From Nitrospirota bacterium (GTDB lineage Bacteria; Nitrospirota; UBA9217): a stretch of DNA of 64,000 nt. Shown in pieces: positions 50,174 through 60,394 of the stretch. Position numbers and translations under genes: made by a program. The stretch covers positions 453,731 to 517,730 of the forward strand of contig CAVUCU010000005.1 in assembly GCA_963740085.1 (NCBI GenBank), given 5' to 3'. How positions within the stretch are numbered: position 1 is the stretch's first letter; every line of letters starts with the position of its first letter. The notes under the pieces are model-generated. The model had not been told where the DNA came from. It searched no databases and saw only the letters and a program-made list of their open reading frames with translations.

Positions 50174-51370
50174 TCAAGTGCTGTTCTTATGCGCAAAGAC
50201 AATGGCGCGCGTACGAATGACGTCTTTATGAGCCGCTATCTCCCGGACCACGCTGTCAGGGATCGGCGAAGCCAGATCGATGATGTTGTAGCCGACCGAA
50301 CCGTTGCTCGCGTTCAAATAGCTGGAGATGTTGATGCCATGGGCGCCGATCTTCTGGGAGGCGAAGCCGATCATGCCGGGGACGTCGCGATTGATCATGA
50401 TCAGGCGCGTATGGACATCATCGAAAGGAATGGACTCGATTGTCGGAAAATTAACACTGTGCGTGACTGCGCCGTATTCAAGATAGTCCTTGAGCTCCTG
50501 CACCGCCATGGTAGCGCTCTGCTCCTCGGATTCCTCGGTGCTGGCCCCGAGATGGGGCGAGACGATGATCTTCGGATTGTCCAGCATGTCGGCGGTAGGG
50601 AAGTCAGTAACGTAGCTGGCCAGCCATCCGCTGTCCAGGGCAGCAAGCACGGCGGCCTGATCGACCAGGGGGCCCCGCGCGAAGTTGACCAGTATGGCGC
50701 CCTGCGGCAGCCGTTTCAATACATCGGCGTTGATGAAATTCCGCAGTTTTTCGTTGAAAGGCATATGCAAGGTCAGTACATTCACCTGCTCCACGACCGA
50801 CTTCCAACTCCTGGCAAGGGACACTTCGGGCGACAGCTGATGAATGTTCTCCAGGGCGGGGGTAGGATCGAAGCCGATCACCCGCATCTGCCGCTGGATC
50901 CCGCCGTTCGCGACGCGCACCCCGATCTTGCCGATCCCCAGCACGCCCAGGGTTTTGCCGGCAAGTTCGAAACCGCGAAACGCCGCCTTTTTCGCCTCAA
51001 CCTGCTCGGTGACTTTCGCGTCGCTGAGTCCGGCCAGGCCGCGGCAGAAGTTTATCGCAAGATGGATATTGCGCGCGCTGATCCCCAGCATGACAAAGAC
51101 AAGTTCCGCCACTGCATTGGCATTGGACCCCGGCGTATTGAAGACGCAGATCCCCTTCGCTGTCGCCTTTTCCAGCGTGATAGTATCGACGCCCGCGCCT
51201 GCCCGGGCCACCGCCAGAAGCGACCGATAGTCATCCGTTTCCACCGGAGAACTGCGCACCAGAATTCCCTCCGGATCCGGTTCATCTGCACGCACCGTGT
51301 AATCTGGCCCGAACAACTCAAGCCCTTCCGGTGCGATCTTATTAAGCATCTTGATGCGATACTGTGTCAT
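50174..51370 (-). CDS. serA: D-3-phosphoglycerate dehydrogenase with ACT domain
   Basis: ARAGAGV, NTPGSNANAVAE, GIGKIG, NFARG, PHLGAST, NRDVPGMI. Confidence 0.9.
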   Translation of the reverse strand: MTQYRIKMLNKIAPEGLELFGPDYTVRADEPDPEGILVRSSPVETDDYRSLLAVARAGAGVDTITLEKATAKGICVFNTPGSNANAVAELVFVMLGISARNIHLAINFCRGLAGLSDAKVTEQVEAKKAAFRGFELAGKTLGVLGIGKIGVRVANGGIQRQMRVIGFDPTPALENIHQLSPEVSLARSWKSVVEQVNVLTLHMPFNEKLRNFINADVLKRLPQGAILVNFARGPLVDQAAVLAALDSGWLASYVTDFPTADMLDNPKIIVSPHLGASTEESEEQSATMAVQELKDYLEYGAVTHSVNFPTIESIPFDDVHTRLIMINRDVPGMIGFASQKIGAHGINISSYLNASNGSVGYNIIDLASPIPDSVVREIAAHKDVIRTRAIVFAHKNST

Positions 51371-51569
51371 TCAACGCTCCTCCCTGTGCCGGTCGTATTG
51401 TGGCAATAGAGGGGCCAAATCTCATTTAGCGACAATACTGTCATCAAGTGAGATTAGACCCTCTATGTTCCCCCATTAGGGGAGCAATGCTAACCTATGA
51501 TGCTCTCCTCGTGAAGCGCGAGCCGAAACCGGCGCCTTATCCCTGGCCGGCATAACGGAAAAGGATTTG

Positions 51570-53375
51570 CTACTCCCGCGCCTCGGCAAACAGATCAATA
51601 TTCTCCTCCAGCAGTTCCGCGATCCGCTCCCAGGTGATAATGCCCTTGACGTCGGCGGCGGGAGGCGGAAATTCCGCCTGCTTGAGAACGATCGCCACCG
51701 CTGCATGCGGCCGGTGCATACGCGCCACAATGCGGTCCATGGTCTCGTCCTGACGGGCAACGATGAAATCGCGCAGCATCACGTCGGCCACGGTATGCCA
51801 GCCTCTGCGCTCCGTCTCGGGGGCGGACAGTGCATAGTCCCTCGGTACAATACCCGAGACATGGCCGTCCGCGACCGCAAGAAACCACCCGACGTCCGGA
51901 TGCTCCGCGTAGCGTCCGATAAGAACATCCAGGCTGTCCGAAACGTCAACGGTAACGACCTGTTTCTCCATGATGTCCCGCGCCTGCCGGACGTTCAGCA
52001 GGTTCGCCTGGAGCGCAGCGGGAATGAAGTGCTCCCTCCGGGCAAGTTTCATGGTATAGATGCTCTCCTGCATGAGAAGCGTGCGCGTGCCGTAGCTCAA
52101 TGCCACGGTCATCGTCATCGGGAGAATGACGCTATAGTCCAGGGTCATCTCGAAGATCATGACGATAGCGGTCATGGCCGCGCCCGTTGCTCCGGCCACC
52201 ATGCCCGCCATGCCGGCCACGGCAAAGGCCGTCGGGCTTACGGGCGAATGCGGAAACAGATATTGGAGAACGATCCCGAAGGCCCCCCCGGCGGTCGCTC
52301 CCAGGAACAGGGACGGAGAAAAGATCCCCCCCGAGCCGCCCGAACCCAGGGTGACGGCAGTTGCCAGGAGCTTTAAAAAGAACAGCAGCACGAGAACGCT
52401 TACGACGTTCATCTTTCCGGTCAGGATGTCCTGGATCGTCGAGTAGCCGACGCCGTCCACGTAGTAATGGCCCATCGTCGTCATGAGAACGTACATCAAC
52501 CCCCCCACGGCCAGCATGCCCACGGCATGCCGCACATAGGGATTGTTCACGGTGTGCTTCTCGAAAAAATCCTCGGCCAGGTAGAACGAATGGATATACA
52601 TCGTGGAGCTCAGGCCCATGAGCACGCCGAGCGCGGCATACGGAACCAGGAGCCACGGGTTGAGCGGATGGAAATAGGGCTGCTGGAGCGCGGGGATGAC
52701 GAAGGACGGATGGACCCCGAAGAAGAGCTGGCCTACGTACGTTGCCGTGACCGTGGTAATGGCGACCGGCACCAGCGTGGTCACGCTCACTTCCTGCAGC
52801 AGCAGTTCGACGGCGAACAGGATGCCGCCGATAGGCGTGTTGAAGGTCGCGGCAATGCCAGCGCCCGCACCGGCGGCGATGAGCGTGATGCGCTGCTTCG
52901 TGGTCATGGCAAAGAACTGCCCCAGAGTGGACCCGAAAGCAGCTCCGATCTGGGCGATCGGCCCTTCCCTGCCCACGGACCCCCCGCTGCCGATGGAAAG
53001 AGCAGAGGCAAGGGACTTCACGACCGCCACCACAGGACGCACGACCCCCTTGCCATAATACACGGCATCCATCACCTCGGGCACGCCGTGGCCCTTTGCC
53101 TCCTGCGCGAAATGGACGACCAGGAAGGTCACTCCCATCGAGCCGATCACCGGCACGAGAACGACCAGGGGACCCCAGGGGCTGACCGCTGTATGCGCGA
53201 TCGTGTCATGAACGGTCGAAAATTGAGCGTAAAAAAGGGCATTGTGGACCAGCGCGATAAGCGCGCGGAAAACAACCGCGCCCAGCCCGGCAATCAGACC
53301 GGTGAGCAAGGCGAGAAACAGGAAACCCGCCCTTCTCATGGGTCTCATCATGATGGTGAATGCGGTCTTCTTCAT
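51570..53375 (-). CDS. CLC chloride channel/transporter with CBS domains
   Basis: GHGVP, GREGP, GIFSP motifs; many TM helices; C-terminal CBS pair. Confidence 0.93.
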   Translation of the reverse strand: MKKTAFTIMMRPMRRAGFLFLALLTGLIAGLGAVVFRALIALVHNALFYAQFSTVHDTIAHTAVSPWGPLVVLVPVIGSMGVTFLVVHFAQEAKGHGVPEVMDAVYYGKGVVRPVVAVVKSLASALSIGSGGSVGREGPIAQIGAAFGSTLGQFFAMTTKQRITLIAAGAGAGIAATFNTPIGGILFAVELLLQEVSVTTLVPVAITTVTATYVGQLFFGVHPSFVIPALQQPYFHPLNPWLLVPYAALGVLMGLSSTMYIHSFYLAEDFFEKHTVNNPYVRHAVGMLAVGGLMYVLMTTMGHYYVDGVGYSTIQDILTGKMNVVSVLVLLFFLKLLATAVTLGSGGSGGIFSPSLFLGATAGGAFGIVLQYLFPHSPVSPTAFAVAGMAGMVAGATGAAMTAIVMIFEMTLDYSVILPMTMTVALSYGTRTLLMQESIYTMKLARREHFIPAALQANLLNVRQARDIMEKQVVTVDVSDSLDVLIGRYAEHPDVGWFLAVADGHVSGIVPRDYALSAPETERRGWHTVADVMLRDFIVARQDETMDRIVARMHRPHAAVAIVLKQAEFPPPAADVKGIITWERIAELLEENIDLFAEARE

Positions 53376-53729
53376 GTCCTCCGGACCTCTTAAGAACTTC
53401 GGCTATAATGCAGCCGGCAGCGACCAGTCTGCCGGAAATTGTGCATGAATATCTCGATGGGTGTGCCCTGGAACGTTTTATCTCGGCTGTCTCTCCCCGG
53501 CAGGTTGGGGCGCATCTCGATACGGAAACGGTTGGCTCAATTAATATGTTCGGGATATTTCCCCGGATACTGTAGAAATTATAGCATTATTGAGCGCTGA
53601 CTTGGTGCAGGGGAGAGCGGAGCGATCTCATCGTCACGCTTGCACACGAGGAGGGCCGGCCGGAGCGCTTCCTGTTCGCCACCGCAGGAATGGAAACCGG
53701 GTAGAGATAATGCCGTGTTCCCTCTTCCT

Positions 53730-53787
53730 CCTAATAAAAGTGAAGGCCAAAGGCAAGCGGCGGGGCGAGCTTCGTATTGTGGTATTT
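53730..53787 (+). repeat. Dispersed repeat copy A (inverted partner at 61994-62053)
   Basis: Core GAAGGCCAAAGGCAAGCGGCGGGGCGAGCTTCGTATTG differs from the reverse complement of copy B at 2 positions. Confidence 0.85.
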
Positions 53788-53961
53788 GGTTAAGGTACCT
53801 AGATTGAACTCTTAATTCTGTTCAGGGTAGAATGTCAAGAGTAAAGACCCTAAGATGCGCACGCCAAGATGTTTGCAGTACCCGTAAAATACACCATCGT
53901 CATTCTTGACAACATATCGCATGCGCGTATAATCAAGACATTCGTCATCGGGGGATACGGA

Positions 53962-54504
53962 ATGATCGATCTCTTACGGACACGCAGAAGTATTCGTAAA
54001 TATGCTCATACGCCTCTTGAGAGCAAAACCCGTGATGTACTTATAGAGGCATTACTCCGCTCACCTACCTCGCGAAACTTCAAATCGTGGGAATTTATCG
54101 TTGTTGATGACCGGGAGCTCCTGATCAAGCTTTCGGAAGCACGAGAGCACGGATCTCATCACCTGCGGGACGCACAGCTGGGGATCGTCGTGTGTGCCGA
54201 CAGCGTAAAATCCGATGTATGGGTTGAAGACTGCTCCATTGCCGCGATCCTTGTTCAGATGACAGCCCACTCTTTGGGTCTCGGCAGCTGCTGGATACAG
54301 ATCAGGAACCGTAATCACACGGAAACAATGTCGGCGGAGCGATATATTCAGGGTCTGCTGGGACTGCCCGAGCACATCAAGGTTGAATGCATGGTGAGCA
54401 TCGGCTATCCGAACGAAACGAAGGATCCGGTTCCTGAAAGCGAGCTGGAATATAGCAAGGTTAAACACAACAAGTACTCCAATAAGTATGTGCAAAAGAA
54501 ATAA
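53962..54504 (+). CDS. Nitroreductase family protein
   Basis: RTRRSIRKY, LRSPTSRN..WEFIVV, EDCSIAA, LGLGSCWIQ, IGYP. Confidence 0.92.
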   Translation: MIDLLRTRRSIRKYAHTPLESKTRDVLIEALLRSPTSRNFKSWEFIVVDDRELLIKLSEAREHGSHHLRDAQLGIVVCADSVKSDVWVEDCSIAAILVQMTAHSLGLGSCWIQIRNRNHTETMSAERYIQGLLGLPEHIKVECMVSIGYPNETKDPVPESELEYSKVKHNKYSNKYVQKK

Positions 54505-54556
54505 GCTGGAGATCTGACCCTATTGGGTCCCTAATTACTCGTCAAGGAGGTAGCAC

Positions 54557-54880
54557 ATGAAAAGGATCTTATTGGTATGTGTCTTACTGATGTTCGTTGC
54601 CGCATGTACTTCCGCGCCGCTCAAGATCCCCACGGATATGGCAAGTTCGGGATACGATGTGCTGGGAGAAGGTGAAGGCAGTTCAACGGGGATTATGCTG
54701 TTCAACATTATACCGATCGGGCAAAATGACAGATTCCAGGCAGCGTATCATAATGCCGTTATCAGTAAGGGAGGGGATGCGCTCCTGAATCCTGAAATAT
54801 CGGAACGCTGGTTCTGGGCTTACGTATTGAACGGATACACTACGACTGTGAAGGGCACGGTTATTAAGTATCGAAAATAA
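54557..54880 (+). CDS. Small lipoprotein of unknown function
   Basis: AAGGAGG RBS, lipobox VAAC. Confidence 0.75.
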   Translation: MKRILLVCVLLMFVAACTSAPLKIPTDMASSGYDVLGEGEGSSTGIMLFNIIPIGQNDRFQAAYHNAVISKGGDALLNPEISERWFWAYVLNGYTTTVKGTVIKYRK

Positions 54881-55685
54881 GCGGGAACGGGACCCTTATG
54901 GGTCCTTACCGGTCAACCAATTATGAAAAAGCACATCAACTGGCTGCTGAAAGAGCTTGGTCTTTGGATGCAGGAACAGAAGACATAGGGGACGTTGTTA
55001 TGCAGATTGCAACATGATTGAAGCGCTGCACAGTAGAAACGCAGTCCGAGTAACAATGTCTCATATGTTGCTCGGGTCCGTGTGGAGCGCACTGTTAGCA
55101 GAGGATCGCGTCAGAAACAGGGAATGCCAAGAGTAGAGACCTGACCCTATGGGTTTATGTGCAAAAGAAATAAGCCGGATAAATCGAAAGTATCGACATG
55201 TCCGTAGCGGGTTTTTACTGGAAGTGTCGATTAGCAACAACGTCCCGAAGCTCCAAGTTGTGGTGGAGAGGGTAAGGGCGAAGGGAGATGGGATTAGCAA
55301 ATGCACGTTGCGTATCAACGTCCCCTAAAATCTTTGGCCATGGTTTCGGAACTTCCTGGCAGGAGACATTTAGCCAGGGGCGCCTTGGTTTTGTCGAGAA
55401 GATTGTTCAAGGTCGCAATCTTTTGTTTGTAACGGCCTATTATATTTTGTGGGCTTTTGTGGGAGAAAAAGTGACATTTCAAGACCTGACCCCATGAGTT
55501 TTACTGACCTTAATCCTGATGGGTGACTGGTGCAGTGAAGACAGACACCGAAACCGAATGAAACCGCGGCAATGGTAAGGATAATGATAACGAAAAGGCT
55601 CGACGAGAAACGTTTCGTTTCTCGTCACAAGATAGCTTTTCCCCTTGACGGTGTCCTTTAAATAGGTGGGCCCAGCGGGCGCAAG

Positions 55686-55716
55686 GGCGGAGAGAAATAT
55701 TTCTCCGGCCTTTTTT
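55686..55716 (+). terminator. Intrinsic terminator-like hairpin
   Basis: GGCGGAGA..TTCTCCGGCC followed by TTTTTT. Confidence 0.55.
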
Positions 55717-55875
55717 CTTACTGTTTTCGCACGTGGTAGTAGATTGAGGAAATGGCAAGAAAGTAGAAACCTAACTTACCTCAATCCCGGTTATTTATTC
55801 GTTTACAGATCAAAATTACCAAAACAACAGAAATGGATTGTGATCCCTTCATTTAAAATAACTTATTGGATATCC

Positions 55876-55903
55876 TTGACATTAAACGCATTATCATTAT
55901 AAT
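55876..55903 (+). promoter_or_regulatory. Consensus sigma-70 promoter
   Basis: TTGACA (55876-55881), 16-bp spacer, TATAAT (55898-55903). Confidence 0.75.
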
Positions 55904-55909
55904 TGGCCC

Positions 55910-56155
55910 AATCAGTTCATTCCAGCCAGCTTGGGATTTTAGAAATCTTTTGGCTACCCTCATCTCAGGGGGCAATACAGCACGGTTTTGAAATCGAGCT
56001 TTAACTCGTTAGCGTCGAGGAAGTGCGATTTGCCCCTGACACTTTATGTCAGAAAAGAAATCAGGTTACGATATCTTCTTTCTCGCACTTTAATGTGAAA
56101 CTGACATAGCCCTCCGATGTTTACGTTCCAGGGAGTAAAAAGTACAGTTTACTTT
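55910..56155 (+). ncRNA. Candidate structured leader RNA, family not recognised
   Basis: Dense run of hairpins and long-range pairings between the promoter and the radical SAM start. Confidence 0.4.
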
Positions 56156-57515
56156 ATGAAACGAATAATACTCGATTAACTCCCCGTTATTCGATGAGAA
56201 CCATGATTTAAACAAGGAGGATTATCTACCGCCCTTGGGCTTGGGTATTATCGCCACAGAATTAATGAAACATGACGATATTCACGTCAAACTGATAGAT
56301 GCCATAGCTGAAAATAAAACCGTTACGGACATAATAGCTGCAATATCCGAGTCTCAAGCAGATTTCGTTGGAATAAATATTTTTACTACAAATTTTCGAC
56401 ACGTAAAAGAAATTGTTGAAAAAACGAAAATAAAAACGCGATTCATAATAGGTGGCATATCTACCCGGTCGCTTTATCATGAAATATTTAAATGGAAGAC
56501 GCAGAATGACATCGACATTGTATACGGAGATGGGGAACTTATAACGATTGATATCGTGAGATCCCTTGTTAAAGAGAAACCGGCTGAACAAAATGGAACA
56601 ATCAGGTTTTTCATCATTTCTAAAGAATCTTCCTACTATGTGCAAAATATTTCGCAAGAAAAAATTGAAAGAGAGCTTTTTCAAAATGAACCGTATTTAA
56701 ATTGCTATGGTCGCCCGGAAATAAGCATTTATACGAGCAGAGGTTGCATATATAATTGTGCCTACTGTGTGGCCGCAAGTGGCATTAATCGTCAACTAGG
56801 CGTACGCATTAAAAAGGTGCCCAACGTAATTTCAGAGTTGACTGAAATTAAATCACTTTACCCGAGTGTCGAATATATCCGAGTGTTGGATGATTTGTTT
56901 TTGCGAAGCGACCAAAGCTTCATTGATGCAAGTACTATTTTCAGTCAATTTGATTTCTCGTGGCGTGCAATGTGCCATATAAAACCTTTATTTTCAGTTG
57001 ATATAAATCATATACGCAATCTACATTCGAATGGCTGCAAAGAGTTGTTTGTAGGAATTGAATCTGGTTCAAGGCGTATTCTCAATAAGATTCATAAAGA
57101 GACCGATATTAATGTGATTTTAGAGGCGACCAAAAAAGTTTTTCAATCAGGGATTAATTTAAAAGGTTATTTTATATGTGGCTTCCCTTCAGAAACTCTT
57201 AAAGATTTAGAAGACACTGTTGATTTAGCAGAAAATATAAAGCAACAGGCCGATGAGTATCATGTCAATTTTAGAACCAGTACATTTCAGTTTAGGCCGT
57301 ATTATGGGACTGAATTGTACAGTGAGATACTCGATAAATCTCCCCAGAAAAGAGGTTGGCGTTGCATACTTTTTGAAATGAAGAAATCAGACTGGCTGAG
57401 TGGAGACAATTCACGCAAATCGTTTAACTTTGATAGCGGTAATTATTCTTCGGTTAGTGACTCGGTGTTACAAAATATCATTAGAAGGATGAACGCGATA
57501 AATGGCACTGTTTAG
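56156..57515 (+). CDS. B12-binding radical SAM protein (frameshift near 56174)
   Basis: MKRIIL/INSPLF..YLPPLGLG cobalamin-binding N-terminus, SRGCIYNCAYC, DDLF, GIESGS, ICGFPSET. Confidence 0.9.
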
Positions 57516-58072
57516 GACAATAAAGAAATGCAGAACGTGTGACTTGTGTCGCAATCAGCCACCTTTACTACAATTGAAAAAAGAAGCCGATGTCTTTTGG
57601 ATAGGCTTATCAGCTGTGAGGACGGATGTTTCAAAAGACGTGCCATTATCTGCAAATACAAGAACTGGCAAGCTAGTCGATGATATCGAAACTCTGCTAA
57701 ATGACATATCGTTTTACAGAACAAATATAGTTAAATGTCTTCCGTTAAAAAATACAAAGATAAATACCGTCACTGGAGGAAATGGAGGGATGTTATAAAC
57801 ATTTAGCAAAGGAAATTGACTATATGGCACCCAAAATTATTTTGTTATTAGGAAAACAAGTTGCATCTTTTATATTAAAATCGAAGGGGATAAAAGAATT
57901 TGAGCTGGATGAAGGCTTTAATTATAAGCCAATTTATATTGATGGAATTTATTATTTGCCTGTACACCACCCATCCTACGTACTTATTTATAAAAGAAAG
58001 TATTTACAAAACTATACAGCCAAAATAAAACATCTTTTAGAGCATTACCATTATCAAGAAGCTATGGCCTAA
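57502..58072 (+). CDS. Uracil-DNA glycosylase superfamily protein (family-4-like, frameshift near 57765)
   Basis: CRTCDLC, TNIVKCLP, GCYKHLAKEI, IILLLGKQVA, VHHPSY; overlaps the radical SAM stop. Confidence 0.8.
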
Positions 58073-58147
58073 TAGTTCGTTTTAGATGTCGGTAATTAAT
58101 CTGAATAGACAAATGTTGCGGCAAACAATATGTTGCATATTGTATTC

Positions 58148-58178
58148 CCTGAATTATAAGGTGTATAATTAATTCAGG
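58148..58178 (+). promoter_or_regulatory. Inverted repeat flanking a TATAAT box (operator-like)
   Basis: CCTGAATTA (58148-58156) and TAATTCAGG (58170-58178) surround TATAAT (58164-58169). Confidence 0.5.
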
Positions 58179-58189
58179 AGTTTGGAGTT

Positions 58190-58883
58190 ATGAATACATC
58201 CATATTTGACCTTATCCGATTTATCGTTTGGCGTGCGACAGAAGCCAGAGGTGGTCTTTCGACCCTTGCCTTGGTTAAATATTTATATCTCGCAGACTTA
58301 TTCTACGCTGAAGAAACAGGCGGAAAAACGCTGACGGAATTACCCTGGATTTTCTATCACTATGGCCCTTATTGTACAGAAAGTTATAGGGCGATTGATG
58401 ATGCCTTAACGCATAACATTATCAATGCTAAAAGTTATCAAAGCAAATATGAAGAGGGCGCGGAATATACGAGTGGTATTCGTCAGAAGACGAACATGAG
58501 CCTCAGTTTGATGTGCCGATTCATGTTTGGGCATCATTGTCAAAGGCCATCGCTACGTTTGAAGATACTCGTGATTTAATGAGTTACGTTTATTTTGAAA
58601 CTGCCCCAATGCAGCATGCGAAGGAGAGGGCTCTACTTGATTTTTCGTATGCTAAAAAAGTTAAGCCTGAAAGTCCTATCGTAATGAATGCGCTTTCTGC
58701 CAAGAAGATAAAAAAGCTCAAGAAATTTTGCATAAAATGCGCGAAACTCGCACAAAAAAAGGTGCTGTTTCGTATGCTGGGCCACAGCCCGTTTATGATG
58801 AAAGTTATTATAAATTTACGGAAACACTTGATGATGCATGTGAAGCCCCAAAATTAAGTGGAAAACTAATCTTCTTTGATTAA
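58190..58883 (+). CDS. Panacea/SocA (DUF4065)-like antitoxin, frameshifted
   Basis: LVKYLYLADL..LTELPWIFYHYGPY, later LMSYVYFETAPM. Confidence 0.65.
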
Positions 58884-58908
58884 TTAAAAAGCGTAAAAAC
58901 GAGGCTTC

Positions 58909-59672
58909 ATGGGGCTAAGCCAAATTATTCAGCCATTTTACAGAAAGCTCACAGAAGAAGAAAATACTACTCCCCCCGTACAAGGCCAAATATGTTTAAT
59001 TCCAGGCATATTTCCTGATACGATTCCACAGGTAATCGAAACCCATAGGCACGACAAGAGCGACCACTCCGAAGCCGATTTTACCATTCGTAATCTTAAA
59101 GAAACTGATTATGGACCGAAAGATACCCTCCCCATCAAACGTCTGAATATAAAATCTGGGGAAGAATTACTAGCTGTTAGAAGCAAACGAAGACCTGCTA
59201 TTATTATACGTCCCGATACATACATATCACAGCAGTAGAGAAAATGCTGCCGAGCATGGGGAAAAGGCATTTACAACAGGCAGACACGTTTGTTGCCTTG
59301 CCTATGTTTTCAGCCCAAGTTGATGGCTTTGGAACCGGTTTCCCCGCTAAGATGATTTGCCGCATTAAGGTTTTAATGTATCCGCAATATTTCTATATGC
59401 CATCTTCTACGGATAGAGCAATCCCGATCAAGGAAGGAGTTATTCGGCTTGATAGAATTCAAGTTATAGTCTCTCGAAATCCAGCGGTGCTCATACCCAA
59501 AAAGTATGCAATCTCGGAAAATGCGTTGGAGATTTTACTATGCCAACTAATGCGATGGCTCAACCTGCCGATGAACCCGGACCTAAAGAAAGAATACGAT
59601 GCTATTCTTGAATTGCTGGGCGAAACCTTACCTGCTGATATATGTGCGGAAGATAAAGCTGATAATAAGTAG
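58909..59672 (+). CDS. PemK/MazF-like toxin candidate, frameshifted near 59235
   Basis: KRRPAIII, FVALPMFS, GVIRLDRIQ; follows the antitoxin-like gene. Confidence 0.5.
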
Positions 59673-59740
59673 ATTTCAATAATTTCACTGAACATCTTTC
59701 TGAATAATGATATAAAAATTGCGCTCTCTGGAGGTTAACT

Positions 59741-60025
59741 ATGTCTTTGAGTAATGAATGGTTTGAATATCACTTAACACCACAGGGCTGGGTTGAAGGT
59801 TCAGAGAAGCTTGATTTCCGCAGGATTAAAAGAAAAGGTAATACCGAAGGATAGGGTATTAACCCTTCATTTTCATGAATATTTATCCAGCGGATATAGT
59901 GCTATGGATAGATGGATCGATGAACAGTGACGACATAAAAGATAAATGCTGATAAATAAATTAACAAAAAAAATATGGAGAGTATACCGGAGCAATATAA
60001 GAATCTTAATTATGAAAAAAGATAA
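59741..60025 (+). pseudogene. Small hypothetical protein, interrupted
   Basis: GGAGG RBS; MSLSNEWFEYHLTPQGWVEGSEKLDF / KDRVLTLHFHEYLSS; frameshift plus TGA at 59928. Confidence 0.5.
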
Positions 60026-60394
60026 CCGGAATCTTTAGGGTCTCCCATTTAAAGGGCACCGTTAAGCGAAAAAAGCTATCTCGGGGGAACTTTGGGGACG
60101 TTGATACCTGATGTGCGCTAAAGGAACTTTGGGGTCAAATCCCGTTTGTTGACAAATAGTAATCGAGCCACCAATTCAGATATCTTAGCCAATACGCATT
60201 ACAAAGCCCGCCCCGCCGCCTGTTTTTGGCTGGCATTTTTGTTAGTATCCATCATGTTTTCCCCGATTCCACGCCCCATACCTCGCCCGACCGGATGGGC
60301 GGAATGACCTTATCTCACCGGCCCGGTCCTCCTTGTTTTTTCACGGAAGCGAGCTAGAATATAAGTAGAAAGACAATGGAAGGAGGTACTATCC

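Noticed and set aside
51570-53375. Fluoride-specific CLC-F exporter
   Set aside because: Motifs are GHGVP/GREGP, not the CLC-F GNNLI/GREGT signature, and no fluoride riboswitch was seen.
2228-53393. Long antisense ORFs (e.g. 2228-3406, 4396-5871, 9812-10951, 13656-14879, 38912-40186, 50189-51409)
   Set aside because: They lie opposite well-supported genes, have no motifs, and are expected shadows of high-GC codon usage.
55910-56155. Cobalamin riboswitch or retron ncRNA
   Set aside because: No B12-box consensus recognised and no reverse transcriptase nearby.
59236-59244. TAG readthrough in the toxin-like gene
   Set aside because: The downstream part is in a different frame, so this is an indel, not readthrough.
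59928-59930. TGA as selenocysteine in the small island ORF
   Set aside because: No hairpin follows, the context is AT-rich and error-prone, and a TGG error or nonsense mutation is simpler.
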